A stretch of 64,000 bases of DNA. It comes from an uncultured bacterium (GTDB lineage Bacteria > Patescibacteriota > Minisyncoccia > UBA6257 > 2-01-FULL-56-20). Below are positions 59,560 to 64,000 of the stretch, in pieces. The DNA lies in the NCBI GenBank assembly GCA_963719425.1, contig OY970382.1, positions 522,880-586,879 on the forward strand, in the 5' to 3' direction. Numbering within the stretch: the stretch's first letter is position 1; the number at the start of each line of letters is the position of its first letter. Below the pieces are notes generated by a model, which worked only from the letters and a program-made list of their open reading frames with translations, was not told the DNA's origin and ran no database searches. The translations under genes and the position numbers were made by a program.

Positions 59560-60138
59560 CTAAATCATCCTTTTCCTCCGCGCCGAGGCGAGCAGCCGCT
59601 CGTAGATCGTGAGAATTTTTTTGTCGTGCAGCATGTAATCGCGTTTGTATTTTTGGAGCTCGGCCTCGGTGATCCCGTGTTCTTTCCACGGAGGCGTGCC
59701 GGAAGCGAGGCCCTGGAGCATGGGCTGCAAGCGGTCTATGGAAATCGCCACTTTTGCCTCCTTGGTGCGCCCGGCTTCAAACTCCGCCCAGAGCCGGTGA
59801 AATTTCTTTTTAAGGTCAGGCGGCAAACGCCCGAAGAGCTTCTTCACGGCTGCGTCCTCGCGCGCCTTTTTTGACCTGCGCGCCGCATGATCAAAAAGAA
59901 AGGTGTCTCCCGCATAAATTTCCACAAGATCATGCGCGAGAATCAATTCCAACGTCCGCAGAAGATCAAGGTCGCGCGGCAAGTCCCGCGAAAGAACCAC
60001 GGCCCACAGCGCGAGATCGTAAGAATGCTCCGCGCTGCTCTCCGGACGCTTTCCGCCCGCAATCCTCGTTCGGCGCTCAACCAACTTCAACTTTGTGGCC
60101 TCCGCAAGAAACGAGAGTAGGGACTCAATCCTGTTCAT
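59560..60138 (-). CDS. HD-domain phosphohydrolase (YfbR/HDDC2-like)
   Basis: LKLVER...ESSAEHS...AHDLVEIYAGD...DRLQP. Confidence 0.88.
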   Translation of the reverse strand: MNRIESLLSFLAEATKLKLVERRTRIAGGKRPESSAEHSYDLALWAVVLSRDLPRDLDLLRTLELILAHDLVEIYAGDTFLFDHAARRSKKAREDAAVKKLFGRLPPDLKKKFHRLWAEFEAGRTKEAKVAISIDRLQPMLQGLASGTPPWKEHGITEAELQKYKRDYMLHDKKILTIYERLLASARRKRMI

Positions 60139-60284
60139 TTTCCCACCTTCCCGGCTGTTCACCGTTCCGTGCCATCTCAATATTCCCTTTCTCGACTATC
60201 AACCTTTCTTTAAAGGCCGAGAGAGGGCTGCTGCTCCAAAGATTGTTAAAATCACCGCCATAGATCTGTTTGGCAATCTCTTCT

Positions 60285-60572
60285 TTAATGGTCATTACAA
60301 CTTCCTGTACATGCGTGGAATCCTTCCTGGATTGGTTGAGCTTTGTCGATGATCGCCTTAAGCCGTTCAATGACGCTGCCCAGCGGCAAGTCATCAGAAA
60401 TGCCGAAATTGCCATGATCGGCGCAGCGTCCGAGCTCGTCAAGGACAGATTCAATGAGCCGCAAGCGGACCTCCATTTTCGTCGCCTTCCGCCTTTCCTC
60501 CCTATTCAATCTCTTGAGTTCTTCAAATCCCGGATCTACCTCCCGCTCGGGGTATGGCGCTCTTTCATTCAT
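60285..60572 (-). CDS. Hypothetical protein, possibly frameshifted into the frame ending at 60125
   Basis: Abuts purQ; the overlapping downstream frame is open to 60125. Confidence 0.4.
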   Translation of the reverse strand: MNERAPYPEREVDPGFEELKRLNREERRKATKMEVRLRLIESVLDELGRCADHGNFGISDDLPLGSVIERLKAIIDKAQPIQEGFHACTGSCNDH

Positions 60573-61339
60573 TTAAAATACCCTACCGCGTTCCTGAAAA
60601 CTTGCAAGCCGGGGCCGTGGACGGGAAGCTTTTTCCCTTGGCGTTCCAGCTTCTCTTTAAGGTATGGCCAGTGCGGAAGCTGCGTGAAGAACATCGCGCG
60701 CTCGGGATGCGGCATTGTCCCCAAAATCCTGCCCTCGCGAGCGGTAATGGAGGCAATATCCTTCACCGCGCCGTTCGGATTCGCGGCGAGATCCTGATAC
60801 TTGCAAATCTCTCCCTTTGTGTATTTCGCAGCGATGGCGTTGGTTTTTTGCAGTGCGGCGAGCGTCCGCGGGTCTGCAAAGTATCTCCCCTCGCCGTGGG
60901 CGATCGGAACCATAAGCGTTTTTATCCCGCGCAGCCACGGCGTCTCGCCCGTAATCTTTAAATCAACCCAACGGTCGGTATATCGCGCGGAGGTGTTCGG
61001 CAGGAGTGCGCCGGGCAGAAGGCCGAGGTTCGTGAGGATCTGGAAACCGTTGCAGATGCCGATCACGAGCCGGTCGCCGCTCACGAACTTTTCCAACTCC
61101 TCGCGGAGATGGTTCTTAAGCTTGTTGGCATACGCCTTGCCGGAGCCGGTGTCGTCGCCGTAGGAAAATCCACCGGGAATTGCAAGGATCTGATAATTTT
61201 TTAATTTCCCTTTTTCCGCAACGAGGTCGTTCACATGGACGATGTCCGCCCGCGCGTCCGCAAGATCAAACGCGAATTTCGTCTCATCCTCGCAATTGAG
61301 GCCGTATCCCGAAAGAACAATGGCGCGCGGCGGTTTCAT
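60569..61339 (-). CDS. purQ: FGAM synthase glutaminase subunit
   Basis: GLNCEDE, PGGFSYGD, GICNGFQ, AHGEG, MPHPER. Confidence 0.95.
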   Translation of the reverse strand: MKPPRAIVLSGYGLNCEDETKFAFDLADARADIVHVNDLVAEKGKLKNYQILAIPGGFSYGDDTGSGKAYANKLKNHLREELEKFVSGDRLVIGICNGFQILTNLGLLPGALLPNTSARYTDRWVDLKITGETPWLRGIKTLMVPIAHGEGRYFADPRTLAALQKTNAIAAKYTKGEICKYQDLAANPNGAVKDIASITAREGRILGTMPHPERAMFFTQLPHWPYLKEKLERQGKKLPVHGPGLQVFRNAVGYFK

Positions 61340-61352
61340 GGTTAATGTTTTT

Positions 61353-64000
61353 TTAATATCCCTTGAACGTGGATTTATACGCCCGCAACATTTCGCCGAG
61401 CGGCATCTTCGCCACTTTCCTGCGGCGGATTACGACGTGCTCTTTATTCGTCACACGGCCGATGCATGCGAACGGATTGCCGCGTATCTTTTTTTCAAAC
61501 TCGCGGTGGCGGCGCGGAGCGACGGTCGCGACGATCCTCCCCTGGCTTTCGGAGAACAACGCCGCCTCGTCGCTTGAGACCGTTCCAGGCAGTTTCGCAA
61601 GCGAAATATCCAATCCGAGCTTCCCTGCCATCGCCATCTTCGCAAGCGCGACCGCAAGACCGCCTCGGGCCACGCTTATGGCCGACGCCACCGTGTCCGC
61701 GCGCACACAGGAGTAGAACGCATCATACAACCGCTTGTTTTTCTTTGCGTCCACATGCGGCACCCTTCCGGTGGAAAAATATTCACTGCCGCCGAGTTCG
61801 TCAAAGGTCTCGCCCAAAACATACACAAGGTCGCCCGCCAACTTTGCGTCAAGCGACACCGACTTCGCGGCATCGGGAACGACGCCGATCGCGGAGATCA
61901 AAAGCGTCGGCGGAATGGAAATTTTCAATGGATTCCCCTTCTCGTCGTACCCTTTAAAATCATTGAACATACTGTCCTTCCCCGAAATGAACGGCGTCCC
62001 ATATGCAACTGCGTAGTCGTAACACGCCTGCACGGCGCGCTTCAGTTGGAACAGCCGCTCCGGCTCGTTTGAACTGCACCAGCAGAAATTATCAAGCAGT
62101 GCGAGATAGTCGGGGTCAGCGCCCGCAGCCACGGCGGACCGGATCGCGGTGTCAATTGCACACGCTGCCATCGCATAGGGATCGCGCTCCGAGTACGTTG
62201 GGACAATGCCGGACGAAAGCACGACTCCTTTCGGAGAATCAAGAACCGGTCGGAAAACCGACGCGTCCGCATTCACCCTTCCCTTTCCTACGAGCGGCTT
62301 CAGCACGGAACTCGCCTGCACTTCGTGGTCGTATTGCATGGAAATAAATTCGTAGCTTGCGATGCTTGGCCGCGCGAGCATGCGAAGGACCGCGGCGCCG
62401 AGATCACGCTCATTGGGAAGCGGAGAGTCAATTTTAAGTGCGAGCGAGATTGGTTCACGGGTCGTGAGGTACTTCGTAGGCAGGCCTTCATGCAAAAACT
62501 CCAGATCGATATCCATTGCGGTCTTCCCTTTAAATTTCACAACGCACTTTCCAGAGTTTGTAAATCGCCCGATCACGGTCGCCTCCACGCCGCGCGCCCG
62601 CAAAAGTTTTGAGAGTTCCGGCCACTTTGCTTTCGGCACGGCGAGCGTCATGCGCTCCTGCGATTCCGAAACCCAAATCTTCCACGGCTCAAGGCCGGGA
62701 TATTTAAGCGGCACCTTATCCAGATCAACCAGACAGCCGTTGCACTCCTTTGCCATCTCGGCGACCGAGCACGAAAGTCCGCCGGCGCCGTTGTCCGTAA
62801 TGCTGTGATAGAGGCCACGGTCGCGCGCTTCTTTTATCAAGGCGTCGCTCATTTTTTTCTGCGTGATCGGATCGCCAATCTGCACCGCAGTTGCAGGGCT
62901 TCCCGAATCCATCGCCTCCGAAGAGAACGTCGCGCCGTGGATGCCGTCCTGCCCGACGCGCCCGCCCGTCATCACGATATAGTCCCCCGGCTGCGCCCGC
63001 TTTTTGTACAAAGGTTTGCCTCCGTGCACCCGCGGAATGAGCCCTACCGTCCCCACGAACACAAGCGGCTTCCCGCGATAACGCTTGTCAAAAAGGACAA
63101 ATCCCTGCGGCGTGGGGATGCCGGAGCAATTTCCGCCGACGTTCACGCCCTTCACCACGCCGTCCATGATCCGCCGCGCAGAAAGCATTTTCTGCTTTTT
63201 CTCCGCGTCGCGGTAGAGCACGCTCGTATCGCGCGGATCGGCGAAGCAAAAACCGTAAAGGTTCGCAACCGGCTTCGCGCCGAGCCCGAACCCCATCGTA
63301 TCGCGATTCACGCCCACAATGCCCGTGACGGAACCGCCGAACGGATCAAGCGCGGAAGGGCTGTTGTGCGTTTCCACTTTGTGCGTGATCAAATACTTGT
63401 CATCAAACGCGATTGCGCCGGAGTTGTCGGTGAAAACCGAAACGCAAAAATCTTCTTTGTCTTTCTTCTCACGGATGTCGTTCGTCGCCTGCTTGATGTA
63501 CGAACGAAAGAGGCCTCCCCGTACCTCGTCAATCGGATCCGCGAAGATCGTGTGCTTGCAGTGCTCCGACCACGTCTGCGCGAGCGATTCAAGCTCCACG
63601 TCGGTCGGATGGCGCTTTTTCTTCATGAAATAATCGCGGATCATTTTCATGCTCGGGAGATCAAGCGCGAGCGGCCCGTTCCTTGTCCCATCTTTGTTCC
63701 GGATCCCCTCTTTCCCAACGCGGGAAAGCTCCTCGTCACTTACCTCCAAATTCACGTTTTCCACGGACGGCCTCGTGTGAAGTTTCACTCTCGGAACCAC
63801 GGCTCCCATTCCCTTGTCACGCCTGAATTCACCCGCGCTTTTTATCCGCACCCGCTGGATGAGTGGGTTATAAAGGCCTTCCGCGATGGCCGTGGCATCC
63901 ACTTTTCGCAATCTTCCCGAGAGAAAGAAAACCTGCGAGGAGTACACGCCCTGGCCATTTTTGAATTTTCTTCCCAGGAAATCTTCTATCGTCTCCCTTG
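61353..64000 (-). CDS. purL: FGAM synthase subunit PurL (5' end outside the window)
   Basis: QTWSEHCKH, KVETHNSPS, DGIHGATFSS, DNGAGG, SESQERM, QYDHEV, SGKDS. Confidence 0.96.
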   Translation of the reverse strand, partial: RETIEDFLGRKFKNGQGVYSSQVFFLSGRLRKVDATAIAEGLYNPLIQRVRIKSAGEFRRDKGMGAVVPRVKLHTRPSVENVNLEVSDEELSRVGKEGIRNKDGTRNGPLALDLPSMKMIRDYFMKKKRHPTDVELESLAQTWSEHCKHTIFADPIDEVRGGLFRSYIKQATNDIREKKDKEDFCVSVFTDNSGAIAFDDKYLITHKVETHNSPSALDPFGGSVTGIVGVNRDTMGFGLGAKPVANLYGFCFADPRDTSVLYRDAEKKQKMLSARRIMDGVVKGVNVGGNCSGIPTPQGFVLFDKRYRGKPLVFVGTVGLIPRVHGGKPLYKKRAQPGDYIVMTGGRVGQDGIHGATFSSEAMDSGSPATAVQIGDPITQKKMSDALIKEARDRGLYHSITDNGAGGLSCSVAEMAKECNGCLVDLDKVPLKYPGLEPWKIWVSESQERMTLAVPKAKWPELSKLLRARGVEATVIGRFTNSGKCVVKFKGKTAMDIDLEFLHEGLPTKYLTTREPISLALKIDSPLPNERDLGAAVLRMLARPSIASYEFISMQYDHEVQASSVLKPLVGKGRVNADASVFRPVLDSPKGVVLSSGIVPTYSERDPYAMAACAIDTAIRSAVAAGADPDYLALLDNFCWCSSNEPERLFQLKRAVQACYDYAVAYGTPFISGKDSMFNDFKGYDEKGNPLKISIPPTLLISAIGVVPDAAKSVSLDAKLAGDLVYVLGETFDELGGSEYFSTGRVPHVDAKKNKRLYDAFYSCVRADTVASAISVARGGLAVALAKMAMAGKLGLDISLAKLPGTVSSDEAALFSESQGRIVATVAPRRHREFEKKIRGNPFACIGRVTNKEHVVIRRRKVAKMPLGEMLRAYKSTFKGY

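Overview
Bacterial chromosomal window, most consistent with a Patescibacteria/CPR (Parcubacteria-like) genome. This is an inference from the pilin-like genes, split transketolase, lamin-tail and DUF192 proteins, leaderless-style core genes and a group I intron in a tRNA. Layout: (1) pilin, GT2 and DoxX genes, then tRNA-Glu(TTC) followed by a ~6 kb accessory tract (Mrr-like nuclease, TIGR02391-like protein, repeated small ORFs, tRNA-end-like sites). (2) A gap-rpiB-[rpe::tktN fusion]-tktC-pfkB sugar-phosphate cluster. (3) An intron-containing tRNA-Asn(GTT) abutting a large serine recombinase (LSR) and a ~13 kb island with nested inverted repeats, candidate defence genes and an array of single-gene cassettes separated by a repeated AGGTTC-N14-CGCCGGAGC site. 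(4) Surface, secreted and housekeeping genes. (5) A near-complete de novo purine cluster (purL, Q, E, C, F, N, D, B, M, guaB, purA, purH, prs) interrupted by an AT-rich restriction-modification gene. Best candidate for an undescribed system: a tRNA-anchored, serine-recombinase-associated, integron-like cassette array. Its junction sites match the tRNA 3' end with a ~5-nt longer spacer, which is the attP-versus-attB offset known for LSRs. All calls come from reading the sequence by eye; no database searches were run.
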